From Bradymonadia bacterium (GTDB taxonomy: Bacteria > Myxococcota_A > Bradymonadia > UBA7976 > UBA1532), in the NCBI GenBank assembly GCA_046290225.1, contig JBKAGE010000010.1, positions 1 through 52,031 of the forward strand: a DNA stretch of 52,031 nucleotides, written 5' to 3'. Of the stretch, positions 37,836 through 47,532 are shown piece after piece. The stretch's first letter is position 1. Every line of letters starts with the position of its first letter. The notes beneath the pieces are model-generated. The model was not told the origin of the DNA and ran no database searches. It saw only the letters and a list, made by a program, of their open reading frames with translations. The translations under genes and the position numbers were made by a program.

Positions 37836-40328
37836 ATGACTGTTCCGATACGGTCCACACTCTTGATGACAGCTGCCCTGATGCTGTCGATGGGGTGCGA
37901 TCCGAGCGATACCGGCAACGACACCACGCAGGCTGATGTGGGCGCACAGGCTGATGGCGGTGATCCAGGGCAGCCTGGCAACGACGCAGCAGTGATGTCT
38001 GATGGCAGCGTGATGCCTGATGGCAGCGCGCCGCCTGACCAGGGTCCTTCAGAAGACATGGGTGCAGCCCCCGATATGGGTGACGATCCCGATCTGGGCG
38101 CAGAGCCCGACATGGGTGACATGGCCGATCAGGGGGTCACCCCAGATATGGGCATTGACCCCGACATGGGCACCCCCGAGTGCGATCCGCCCGCGGTGCT
38201 CGCTGCCCATGGGTGCGCCAACGCCGGGTGTCACGCCGTCCCCGTGGCTGCGGGGCTCGATCTCGTCGCCGACGACATGGCCAACCGGCTCGTGAATGCC
38301 CCCGCCCACTCCCCGGGCTGTGACGGTCGCCTCATCATCGACGGCGCCGAGCCGGATCGCAGCTTGCTGCTGCAAGTCATCGGCGCCGAAGATCCCCCCG
38401 GGGGAGATGCAGATGCCTGTCAGGTCGTCATGCCCCCTGTGGGTGAGGTGCCCGAGGCAGATCGCGAGTGCTTGCGTGTCTGGGTGCACGATCTCGCCAG
38501 CCAGGTCGATCCGGAGCCTCCAGGCGATCCCTTTGATCCGACCCCCATCGACTCGGCTCTGCGCAAAGCCAAGACGCTGCTCACGGGCCAGTCGCCCACG
38601 GCAGAGGAGCTCGCGGCGGTGCAGGCAGATCCTGCAGCCTTGCGGGGCCTCATTGACGGCTGGACTCGCACGCCGGCCTTCGAGGTCAAGCTCGCGGAGT
38701 TCATGGAGGTGGCCCTCCAGCAGCGCGTACAGGTCGACAATCGAGAGCAGTTCGATCGACTGCGTCGCAACCGCACCCGCACCGTCCCTTACCGACGGAT
38801 CCTCGAAGAGTCCTTCGTGCGCACCGCTGTGGACATCGTGAGCCGGGGCGCCCCCTTTACCGAGATCCTCACCACCCGCCGCTGGATGGTGACCACCGCC
38901 AACCTTGTCTTGTTACTCTACACCGAAGAGGGCAACAACCAGCGCAGTCAGCGCCACATCATCGTAGGCAACCCCGACGAGGCCCCGGCCACCCTCGCGG
39001 AGCAGGTGGCACAGCGGACCTGGTACGTCGAGGGTCTCGAGACCACCTGTGACGTGCCGGGCCCCGATGCTCTGGACATGCTCTTTGGCTTCATCCTCGC
39101 CCGACGATGTGATCCGCGACCCGAGCGGAACATCAACTTCAGCAACCCCCCGCTCACCCTGGAAGACTTCGAGGACTGGCGGATGGTCGAGTTCGTGCCC
39201 ACCAACGAGGCCCTCGACGGCGAAGTCCAGCGCCGGTTCTACGATCTGCCCCGGCTGCGCGAGGCCGATCGCGTCGTGACGCGACTGCCCCGGGTGGGCT
39301 TCTTCACCACGAGCTCGTTCTTCAACAACTGGGAGAGCAACGCCGACAACCAGTTCCGGGTCTGGGCCAACCAGGCCGTGCTCGGGGCCCTGCACGTGGG
39401 CTTCGGCGCCACCGAGCCCACTGAGCCGCTGAGCGAAGACGGCCTCGATCCAGCCCACGCAGCCCCCGACACGGCGTGTCACGGGTGCCATCGGCACCTC
39501 GATCCTATGCGGCTCTACTTCACGGCGTACGGCTTCGACAGCCAGCGCGCGCGAAACGGCGGCCCCGAGGAGGATGTCTTCGACGACGACTGGGTGCCTT
39601 CGTTCGCCTTCCGCGGCCATACCGCCGACGGGGGTAACCTCTACCGCTTCGCCGATCTGCTCGCAGAGCACCCTCGCTTCCCCATCTCGTGGACTCAGAA
39701 GCTGTGTCTGTGGGCCAACGCCGAGCGCTGCGACGAGAACGATCCCGAGCTGCAGCGGCTGGCGTCGAGCTTCGCCGACGGGGGCTTCGACTTCCGGGCC
39801 CTCGTCGTGGACATGATGAGCTCTCCCCTGGTGACGGGCCTCGAGGTCACCGAGACCTTCGACGGCCGCGAGGTCCCCGTGAGCATCACCCGTCGCGCCC
39901 ACCTCTGCGCGCTGCTCGATCAGCGGCTCGGCCGCGAGGGCACCTGCGCCATCAGCCGCGTGAGCCAGGTCATCGGCTTGATCCCCGACGACGACTTCGC
40001 CCGGGGCGCCGAGGACTTCACTCAGCCTGCGCTGCCCAGCGCCTTCCAGTTCGCCGCCGCCGAGGCTGTCTGCGAGGCTGTGGCCGCGAGCGTGATCAAC
40101 GCCCAGAGCGAGCAGTTCCCGAGGGACGACATCCCTGCGGCCATGACCGCCATGGCCCGTGATCTCATGGCGCTCCCCGTGGGCCACCCACGCCACGACG
40201 CGGTGGCGGCCGAGCTCACGGCTCAATACGACGCAGCCCGTGCGCTGGGTCAGGGCCGCGTTCAATCGCTGCGTGCGGCCTTCACCCTCGCCTGTCTTTC
40301 ACCTGATGTCATGGGGGTCGGCCTGTGA
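37836..40328 (+). CDS. Large lipoprotein with c-type heme-like motifs (DUF1585/DUF1588-type partner of DUF1501)
   Basis: GGAGGAG + ATG37836; lipobox SMGC; PDMG linker repeats; CANAGCH and CHGCH..LDP; LRKAKTLLTG..PT..E. Confidence 0.8.
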   Translation: MTVPIRSTLLMTAALMLSMGCDPSDTGNDTTQADVGAQADGGDPGQPGNDAAVMSDGSVMPDGSAPPDQGPSEDMGAAPDMGDDPDLGAEPDMGDMADQGVTPDMGIDPDMGTPECDPPAVLAAHGCANAGCHAVPVAAGLDLVADDMANRLVNAPAHSPGCDGRLIIDGAEPDRSLLLQVIGAEDPPGGDADACQVVMPPVGEVPEADRECLRVWVHDLASQVDPEPPGDPFDPTPIDSALRKAKTLLTGQSPTAEELAAVQADPAALRGLIDGWTRTPAFEVKLAEFMEVALQQRVQVDNREQFDRLRRNRTRTVPYRRILEESFVRTAVDIVSRGAPFTEILTTRRWMVTTANLVLLLYTEEGNNQRSQRHIIVGNPDEAPATLAEQVAQRTWYVEGLETTCDVPGPDALDMLFGFILARRCDPRPERNINFSNPPLTLEDFEDWRMVEFVPTNEALDGEVQRRFYDLPRLREADRVVTRLPRVGFFTTSSFFNNWESNADNQFRVWANQAVLGALHVGFGATEPTEPLSEDGLDPAHAAPDTACHGCHRHLDPMRLYFTAYGFDSQRARNGGPEEDVFDDDWVPSFAFRGHTADGGNLYRFADLLAEHPRFPISWTQKLCLWANAERCDENDPELQRLASSFADGGFDFRALVVDMMSSPLVTGLEVTETFDGREVPVSITRRAHLCALLDQRLGREGTCAISRVSQVIGLIPDDDFARGAEDFTQPALPSAFQFAAAEAVCEAVAASVINAQSEQFPRDDIPAAMTAMARDLMALPVGHPRHDAVAAELTAQYDAARALGQGRVQSLRAAFTLACLSPDVMGVGL

Positions 40329-41629
40329 GCACCTTCGATCTGAACCGTCGTCGCATGCTGCTCGGGGGCGCCAGCGGGCTGCTCCTCAGAGGCCTCGCCA
40401 CAGGGCTGCCCCCTGGCTTCCTGCTCGCCCCTCGACGGGCCCGAGCTCAGGACCTGGCCCCTCCGGGTATGTTGATCCTGTCCACCTCTCAGGCGGGCGA
40501 TCCGGTGAACTGCAACGCTCCCGGCAGCTATGTTGATCGCGCAGAGAACAACCCGAACCCCAGCATGGCCCCTGTGGAGGTGCAGCTCGGCGGCAACTCG
40601 GCCATCGGCGCGCAGCCTTGGCAAACTCTGCCCGAGGCCCTGCGCCAGCGGTTGGCATTCTTCCATGTGAAGACCCGCTCGGTGGCGCACCCTGAGCAGC
40701 CTGACACCCTGGCGCTTCGAGGCTCGATGAAGAACGCCCAGGGCAATGGCAGCGAGATGCTGCCTTCGGCACTGGCGGAGATGGCTTTCCCCCGACTGGG
40801 CACGCTGCAGTCTCAGCCGGTGCCCCTCGGCAACAACTCGATCACAGTGTCTGGAGCGCCGCTGCAGTCAGTGAAGCCTTCAGAGCTGAAATCACTCTTC
40901 GCCGATCGCGACGGCGCCCTCGCTGACCTGCGCAACACACGGGATCAGGCCCTCGACAGGCTCTATGGTGATCTTCGGGCCAACGGCAGCCGCGCCCAGC
41001 GCACGTTCCTCGATCGCTACGCCCTGAGTCGTGAGCAGGCGCGGGCCATCGGAGAGCAGCTCAGCGCGCTGCTCGACCGGCTGCCCATCGATCCGGACGA
41101 TGTAGACGGCCCCGCTGACCAGGTCATCGCCGCGGTGGCCATGGCCCAGCTGCAGGTGGCGCCGGTGATGGTGATCCGTCTGCCCTTCGGCGGCGACAAC
41201 CACAACGACTCTGATCTCGTCGAAGAGGCGGATCAGACCGTGGCGAGCGTCGGCGAGATCGGCCGGCTCTGGACCGAGCTGAACGCCGCAGGCCTGCAAG
41301 ATCAGGTCAGCTTCGCCTTGCTCAACGTCTTCGGCCGAGGGCTGTTCCGCAACAACGCGGGCGGCCGAAACCACAACCCGGATCATGCGGTGATGGCCGC
41401 CTTCGGCCCGCGGTTCCGGGGGGGTGTGTACGGTGGGCTCGTCGCCGACACGGGGTGTCTCAACATCGACCCGGTGACGGGGGCCGGCGTACCTCGAGGC
41501 TCGGGCATCGTCGCCGAAGAGACGATGGAGGCGGCGGCGAAGACCCTCGCCGTGGCCCTGGGCCACGACCGCGAGACCGTCGACGTCCGGATCCAGGGTG
41601 GGCAGGTCATCGAAGGCGCCCTGACCTGA
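40325..41629 (+). CDS. Tat-exported DUF1501/DUF1552-like protein
   Basis: LNRRRML Tat motif; GGDNHND, NVFGR, GGRNHN, GGVYGG; GTGA overlap with the previous gene. Confidence 0.75.
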   Translation: MSTFDLNRRRMLLGGASGLLLRGLATGLPPGFLLAPRRARAQDLAPPGMLILSTSQAGDPVNCNAPGSYVDRAENNPNPSMAPVEVQLGGNSAIGAQPWQTLPEALRQRLAFFHVKTRSVAHPEQPDTLALRGSMKNAQGNGSEMLPSALAEMAFPRLGTLQSQPVPLGNNSITVSGAPLQSVKPSELKSLFADRDGALADLRNTRDQALDRLYGDLRANGSRAQRTFLDRYALSREQARAIGEQLSALLDRLPIDPDDVDGPADQVIAAVAMAQLQVAPVMVIRLPFGGDNHNDSDLVEEADQTVASVGEIGRLWTELNAAGLQDQVSFALLNVFGRGLFRNNAGGRNHNPDHAVMAAFGPRFRGGVYGGLVADTGCLNIDPVTGAGVPRGSGIVAEETMEAAAKTLAVALGHDRETVDVRIQGGQVIEGALT

Positions 41630-41636
41630 CACCGCC

Positions 41637-42599
41637 TCAGGGTGCGGCGTCGAGGGGCCTGGCGTATAGACCCAGATGATTGGCCACAGGCCGCTGCCGC
41701 CCGGGGATGCGCGTATGGGCGGGTGTGTTGAGCAACTCTGCCTCTCCCTCATCGCCCATCACAGCCATCGTCGTCGAGCCGCCGCCGTCCAACAGCAACG
41801 CGGTGTGCGCCCCGGCCTCGATGAGTGCCTCCCCAATCTCGGCCACGGTGAACCCTGCGGCGTAGCGCCACTGGCGCCCGTCCACCACGAGCAGGAACAC
41901 CCGCTTCCGCTCGGCGTCTATGCCCACGGCGGTCCGCGGGTGACGCTCCTCCGGCCGCGAGATACGCTGCGCCTTCTGCACCAGCTGCCCATCGCGCACC
42001 ATGATCTCCCGACCGGAGATCGCGTGCTCGACCTGTGACATCGGCCACGGCGGCGTGTCGGCGATCTCCACCCTGCCGGCCTTGCTCACATAGAAGGTCC
42101 CGTAGCCTCGGTGATGGGGGGTGTGCACGTCACCCCCAGAAACGCTCAACCCCAACACCGTCACCGGCTCACCAGTCTTCGGGTAGTAGTCCCAGGGCCA
42201 CTTCGAATAGAAGGGCTCGAAGAAGCCGCCATTGACCGCCACCTGAAGCCCATGGCGATCGAGGAAGTCTCCGGTGGTGAGCCCGCCATAGGGCTGCTCA
42301 CCCTCGTAGGCCCTCGGGGTGACCCGCCAGCGCAGGCCCGGCGCGGTGAGATCCACCGTGATGAGATTGACCACCTGAGGCGGATCCGAGTGCACCGTGC
42401 GCGTGTGTGTCACCCCCTGGAACAGAGGGCGCCCCTGCACCGGTTCAGGGTGAGGTCGCAGGGCATACCAGCCCAGAGCAACGAGGCCCACGAGCAGAAA
42501 AAACGCCCCAAATGAGATCGTGAGACGCAGCCAGCCGTACGCTCGCCTGCGTTGCAGGCGAGGCCCCGACTCGGCGTGCTCAGGTGGCCTCGGCTTCAT
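41637..42599 (-). CDS. Phosphodiester glycosidase (NAGPA/DUF2233) family protein
   Basis: N-terminal TM; AVNGGFF, HPRTAVG, VVDGR, LLDGGGSTTM, RPVAN. Start approximate. Confidence 0.88.
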   Translation of the reverse strand: MKPRPPEHAESGPRLQRRRAYGWLRLTISFGAFFLLVGLVALGWYALRPHPEPVQGRPLFQGVTHTRTVHSDPPQVVNLITVDLTAPGLRWRVTPRAYEGEQPYGGLTTGDFLDRHGLQVAVNGGFFEPFYSKWPWDYYPKTGEPVTVLGLSVSGGDVHTPHHRGYGTFYVSKAGRVEIADTPPWPMSQVEHAISGREIMVRDGQLVQKAQRISRPEERHPRTAVGIDAERKRVFLLVVDGRQWRYAAGFTVAEIGEALIEAGAHTALLLDGGGSTTMAVMGDEGEAELLNTPAHTRIPGRQRPVANHLGLYARPLDAAP

Positions 42600-42680
42600 A
42601 TCGCGCAATCTGCCCACTTGGGTCATAAAGAGCCAGCGTTTCGGCGCCAGGCTGAAGTCGGATATCGGGAGGAACGTGGC

Positions 42681-44729
42681 GTGAACAGACGAATTGCCCC
42701 CTTTGGCGGGGTGGCTTTGCTGGTGTTGATCTGGATCATCTCCGAGGCCTGGGGTGGAGGCTGGCGACGGAACAGCTGGCATCAGGGTGACGAGGCGAGA
42801 CGCAAGCAGGTGCTCGCGGAGCTCACCACGCGGCCTGATGTGCTCATCAACCTCGATCCCATCGACATGCCCTCCACCGCCGACATGATCCGCCTGGGCC
42901 GCTCGGCCACCCCGGCCATCATCAACGGCCTCGTCAACAGCATGAACCCCACGGTGCGCGAGGCCTGCGCCGCGGTGCTCACGGGCACCCGCGATCCCGC
43001 GGCCCTCGACGCCCTCATGGACGCCCTCGACGACCCGGAGCATTCGGTGCGGGTCACCGCGATCAAGGCTCTGGGCAAGGTGGAGAGCCGCAAGGCCACG
43101 GCCCGGCTGCTCGCCTTCATCGACAAGCCCAACCTCAGCTATGGCCTGCGAGAGTCGGCCATCAAGGCCCTCGGACGCCTCGGTGATCCCTCGGCGGTGA
43201 AGCCCCTGCTCAACTACTTCAAGAAGACCTGGGATCACGCCGCTCAGCAGGCGCTGTGGGACCTGCGCCGCCACCTCAACCCTCGACAGATCACCCAGCT
43301 CGTCGTGGCCCCTCTGAAGGCCTACAACGCCGATCCCCAACCTCCAGGCTGGGTGCTGGGCACGTCGATTGAGCTGGCGGCGAAGCTGAAGATCCGCGAC
43401 GCCGTGAAGCCTCTCATCAAGCGCTTCCCCGATCAGACCGGCCTACAGAACCGCATCGTCCGGGCTCTGGGCCTCATCGGTGATCGCAAAGCGGAGCGCT
43501 TCCTCACCGGGCTGCTCGACGCCACGGCCTCTGCCCGCCTCATCAACAACGTCACCTTCGCCCTGCAGCGCCTCGGGGTCGACGTGGCGCCGTTCCTGCG
43601 CAAGGCCCTCACCGATCGTCGAGCCTACATTCGCTTCAACGCCGCCTTCGTGGTCGGTGACCTCAAAGCCAGCGCTCTGGTGCCCGACTTGATCTCCGCC
43701 TTGTCCGATCCGAACGACTTCGTGCGCACCGAGGCCGCTGTGGCCCTGGGCAAGATCGCCGATCCCAAAGCGCGGCAGGCCCTCGAGGGGGCGAGCAAGG
43801 AGAAGAACCCCATCGTGCGCCGCGACGCGCTGCTGGCCCTGGCGAAGATCGACTACCCCGCCTATCGCCAGCGGGTCTTCGACGAGCTGGTGAGCAGCAA
43901 CATCCGCTCTGTCCGCAACCGGGCCATCACTCAGCTGTGTGGTGGTGCTGACCCCACGGCTCTGCCGGTGATCCTCGAGGCGGTGGGGCCTGACGACTAC
44001 GAGGGGCGCACGCAGGTGCTCCGCTGTCTGGGCCGATTCCACACCCTCGACGAGCTGGGCCCCGCCTCTGGGGCTGCCGTGGCCTTCCTGCTCCGACTCG
44101 CCGCGGGCAGCGGGGACCGCCATCGCGCCCTGGTGCTGCTGGCCCGGTGGGCCGACGATCGCACCCGCTTCATCCTGCGCCAGTGGCTCTCGGCCCCAGG
44201 AGGCGAGGTGGATCAGCTGATCCGCGCCATGGGCCGACTGAAAGACGCCCAGAGCAAGGGCAAGGTGATGCCGTGGTTCGAGTCCACAGAGCGGGCGAGC
44301 GTGCGTCTCTACGCCGCCTTCTATCTGGCAGCCCTCGGTGACGCCAAGGGTGTAGATGCCCTGGTGAAGGCCCTGGAGATCGCCCCGGTGGAGCTCAAGC
44401 GGGTGGCTGCGCAGCGCATGACCGAGCTCGACGTGGCCAACATCGACGGCCTGCAGAGCCGCCTCACCGACTTGCTGACCCACGCTGACGTCTACGTGCG
44501 TCTGTACGTCGCCCGGGTCCTGCTCCAGACGGGCTCTACTCGGGCCACAGCGGCGCTGAGCAAAGAGCTCGACAAGCGGGTGCCCTTTATCCGTGACGAG
44601 GTCCTCGACATCGTGGAGCGCGCCCCGAAGAAGGTCCGCGCCGAGGTGATCACTGGTTGGCTCGAAGACGTCGACGTGCACTTGCGCCGCGACCTCCGCC
44701 GTATTTTGGAGAAGTACGCTGAGGGTTGA
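42681..44729 (+). CDS. HEAT/PBS-lyase repeat protein with N-terminal membrane anchor or signal
   Basis: GGAGG + GTG42681; hydrophobic N-terminus; repeats such as L.D....VR..A..ALG. Confidence 0.85.
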   Translation: MNRRIAPFGGVALLVLIWIISEAWGGGWRRNSWHQGDEARRKQVLAELTTRPDVLINLDPIDMPSTADMIRLGRSATPAIINGLVNSMNPTVREACAAVLTGTRDPAALDALMDALDDPEHSVRVTAIKALGKVESRKATARLLAFIDKPNLSYGLRESAIKALGRLGDPSAVKPLLNYFKKTWDHAAQQALWDLRRHLNPRQITQLVVAPLKAYNADPQPPGWVLGTSIELAAKLKIRDAVKPLIKRFPDQTGLQNRIVRALGLIGDRKAERFLTGLLDATASARLINNVTFALQRLGVDVAPFLRKALTDRRAYIRFNAAFVVGDLKASALVPDLISALSDPNDFVRTEAAVALGKIADPKARQALEGASKEKNPIVRRDALLALAKIDYPAYRQRVFDELVSSNIRSVRNRAITQLCGGADPTALPVILEAVGPDDYEGRTQVLRCLGRFHTLDELGPASGAAVAFLLRLAAGSGDRHRALVLLARWADDRTRFILRQWLSAPGGEVDQLIRAMGRLKDAQSKGKVMPWFESTERASVRLYAAFYLAALGDAKGVDALVKALEIAPVELKRVAAQRMTELDVANIDGLQSRLTDLLTHADVYVRLYVARVLLQTGSTRATAALSKELDKRVPFIRDEVLDIVERAPKKVRAEVITGWLEDVDVHLRRDLRRILEKYAEG

Positions 44730-44784
44730 GCCCCACACGCCCTCTGAAGAGGCCACTCCCCTCGACGCCATCGCCGCTCGAGGC

Positions 44785-46308
44785 ATGGGCCTGCTCTTCG
44801 TCATGGCCCCTCTGATCTGGTTGCCCGGTCAGGCGACGGCAGGCATGCCCCGCCTCTGGTGGCTCCTCGCCTGGGGGCCGCTGTGGCTTGGGGTGGCCCT
44901 CGTGCCGCCCAAAGGCCATCGGTGGCCCGCGGTGTGCTGGCTGCTCTGGGCCGGCGCCGCGGCGGTCTCGGCGCTGTGGGTGGCCCACCCAGGTGCAGCC
45001 ATCGAGGGCGCTCTGCAGCGTTTGAGCCTCGCCGTGGGCCTCATGGGTGGCCTCGCCGCAGGGCATCGCCTGAGCTCCCTCGGCCACGGCCTCGCCCTGA
45101 TCTCCGGGAGCCTCGCCGCCCTCACTCAATTGCTCGATCCTGCAGGCAGCTTCGGCAACCCCGACTTCCTCGCCGGCTGGCTCGCCCTGTGTCTGGTCTG
45201 GTCGGCCACGGGGCTGCGAGGGGCGCCCTGGCAAGGGGTGCTGCTCTCGGGGCTGGGCATGTCATTGATGCTCGTGGGGCTGTGGCGGGCGGGCAGCCTC
45301 GGCGCCTGGGCCGCGGTGGCCATGGGCACACCTCTGGCATTGTGCCCGTTGCGCCGACGAGGGCCTCTGTTGCTGATCATGGTCGTCCTTGCCGGGCTCC
45401 TGATATGGCTTGCCCCCGAAGACGACCTCTCGGGGCTATCGGACCACATCGCGGGCCGCCTGCACGTGTTCGAGATCGCATGGCAGATCCACGGAGGCGC
45501 CTTTGGCGTGGGCGCAGGCGGGTTCCACCGGGCGTTCCTCGAAGCACAAGCGGGCTATGCCGGCCCGTGGTGGACCAACGCCTACCACGGACACAACGCG
45601 CTGCTGCACACGTGGGTCGAGCAAGGCCTCATCGGGGTGTGCCTGCTCGCCGCCCCTGTAGGCGCCGCCCTGCTCAAGCTGCATCGCCACCCGCTCAGCG
45701 TCGTGGTGTGTGCGGCAGTCGTATGGTCTCTGGTGAACCCTACCCTCCCCGCAGCAGGCCTCGGGTGGCTCGCTGGCCTCGCCGTGGGCCTGACCCTCAG
45801 CCGAGAGGGGCCAGCGCAAAAAGCCGAAAGACCCAGCGGCATACTCAACCCTCACCTGCGTTGGCTCTGGGCTCCAGTGGCGCTGGTGTGCACCGCCCAG
45901 TTGATCACGGATCGGTGGCTGACTCGGCCCGAGCCGCCAGCGCTCACCGCCACGCTGAGCCTGAGGGCCGAGCGCCCCTGGCGCCTGCACGCACAGCGAC
46001 TGCTCGACACAGATCCGGAGGCGGCATGGCGACTGGCAACCGACGCAGTGGCCCTCGAACCTTCAGTGCCGGGCTGGGCCCTCGTGGGCGCCACAGCTTC
46101 GGCGAGCAATCGCCCAGAGGCCGCCATCGCCGCCTATGGCGAGGCTGTGCGGCTACAACCGAGACTCTTCGCCGGGCACTACAACCTCTCACGACTCTAC
46201 GAAGCCCGTGGGGAGCGGGCAGCAGCTCGACGTCACGCCGCTCGGGCGCGCTCGCTGCGGCCCTCTGATCCCCGCCTCAGAGATCTGGTGCCCTCCAGCG
46301 CGCGATGA
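44785..46308 (+). CDS. O-antigen ligase (Wzy_C) family membrane protein with C-terminal TPR
   Basis: Multiple TM segments; GSFGNPDFLAG, FGVGAGGF, HGHN.LLH..VEQGLIG; TPR AIAAYGEAVRLQP...HYNL. Confidence 0.8.
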   Translation: MGLLFVMAPLIWLPGQATAGMPRLWWLLAWGPLWLGVALVPPKGHRWPAVCWLLWAGAAAVSALWVAHPGAAIEGALQRLSLAVGLMGGLAAGHRLSSLGHGLALISGSLAALTQLLDPAGSFGNPDFLAGWLALCLVWSATGLRGAPWQGVLLSGLGMSLMLVGLWRAGSLGAWAAVAMGTPLALCPLRRRGPLLLIMVVLAGLLIWLAPEDDLSGLSDHIAGRLHVFEIAWQIHGGAFGVGAGGFHRAFLEAQAGYAGPWWTNAYHGHNALLHTWVEQGLIGVCLLAAPVGAALLKLHRHPLSVVVCAAVVWSLVNPTLPAAGLGWLAGLAVGLTLSREGPAQKAERPSGILNPHLRWLWAPVALVCTAQLITDRWLTRPEPPALTATLSLRAERPWRLHAQRLLDTDPEAAWRLATDAVALEPSVPGWALVGATASASNRPEAAIAAYGEAVRLQPRLFAGHYNLSRLYEARGERAAARRHAARARSLRPSDPRLRDLVPSSAR

Positions 46309-47452
46309 GCGTGGCCACGAGCAACAGCCCGGTGAGGATCACCACGGGCCACCACGAGGCAGCTTTGCTCTGGCGAGTGGGTGAGCTTGAGGGCTCGTCC
46401 ACCTGAAGCAGCTCCACCGGCGTCGGGGTGCGTACAGTGGGCGCCTCTTCTCGGGTATAGAGCCACGCTGCGGGCAAGCCCGCCGACAATCCTGGTGGTG
46501 GAGAAGGTGTCGTGTCGGCGATCTGCATCGAGTGGCCCTCCTCAGGTATGGGCGCGCGCTGCATGACCTCGGTGCGGCTCACCCGCGCCCAGGTCCGGGC
46601 CAGCGCTTTGAGGGCCTCTCGGGCGCTGGCATACCGCCCATCAGGGGTACGGGCCAGCAGCTGCATGCACACCGCCTGCATCTCCGGCGGCACCATCTCC
46701 GGGAGAGGCGGTACATCGCCCATCAGCACCGCCCGGGCCACAGCGAGGGCGTCTCCACTGTGGGCCTCGAAGGGCCGCTGGCCTGCGAGCATGCGATAGA
46801 AGATCACCCCAGCGCTGTAGAGATCGCTCCGCGGATCCTCTCGGCGTGTGCTGCCATCTCTCGCCCGCAGCAGACGCTCTGGCGGTGTGTAGTGCGGCGT
46901 ACCGAGCACCGAGCGGCCCGTGGCTGGGGCTTCACCTTCCATGGGGATCGCGGATCGAGCGATGCCGAAGTCACACAGGGCAGCTCGATCACCCGCGACG
47001 TCGATGAGCACGTTCGACGACTTCACATCTCGATGGATCACCCCCTGGCGGTGGGCGGCGTCGAGGGCCACCAGCAAGTCGCCCATGATCTTCACCGCCC
47101 GCTCCAAGGGCAGCGGCCCACGCTTGAGCAGATACGAGAGCGCCCCGTCGGCGAAGTGCTCCATCACGATGTACGGCGCCCCACCGGGCAGCTCCCCGAC
47201 GGCATAGATGCGCACCACGTGGGGGCTGTCGATGCGGCTCAACAGACGGGCCTCGTCGCGAAATCGCTGTACGAACCCAGCGCCGGCGGCCTCGTATCGA
47301 GTGAGCACTTTGATGGCCACGAGTCGGTCTTCGCCGGGGTGTCGGGCTTCGAACACCTCGCCGAAGCCTCCGCGGCCCAACGGACGAATCAAACGGTAGC
47401 CGCCGACGACATCGCCTGGCGTGAGCGTGGAAGCCTCGAGCGTGATGGGCAT
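46277..47452 (-). CDS. Hanks-type Ser/Thr protein kinase with C-terminal TM anchor
   Basis: LGRGGFGEV, VAIK, HRDVKSSN, DFG, GTPHY.PPE, DLYSAG; C-terminal TM followed by only a few residues. Confidence 0.92.
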   Translation of the reverse strand: MPITLEASTLTPGDVVGGYRLIRPLGRGGFGEVFEARHPGEDRLVAIKVLTRYEAAGAGFVQRFRDEARLLSRIDSPHVVRIYAVGELPGGAPYIVMEHFADGALSYLLKRGPLPLERAVKIMGDLLVALDAAHRQGVIHRDVKSSNVLIDVAGDRAALCDFGIARSAIPMEGEAPATGRSVLGTPHYTPPERLLRARDGSTRREDPRSDLYSAGVIFYRMLAGQRPFEAHSGDALAVARAVLMGDVPPLPEMVPPEMQAVCMQLLARTPDGRYASAREALKALARTWARVSRTEVMQRAPIPEEGHSMQIADTTPSPPPGLSAGLPAAWLYTREEAPTVRTPTPVELLQVDEPSSSPTRQSKAASWWPVVILTGLLLVATLIARWRAPDL

Positions 47453-47532
47453 GGACGTTTCCTCTGTATGGGTGACACAGGGGACTACGCCGCAGGGCTT
47501 TAGGTGATTCCGTGTATCTCTATCTAGAGACT

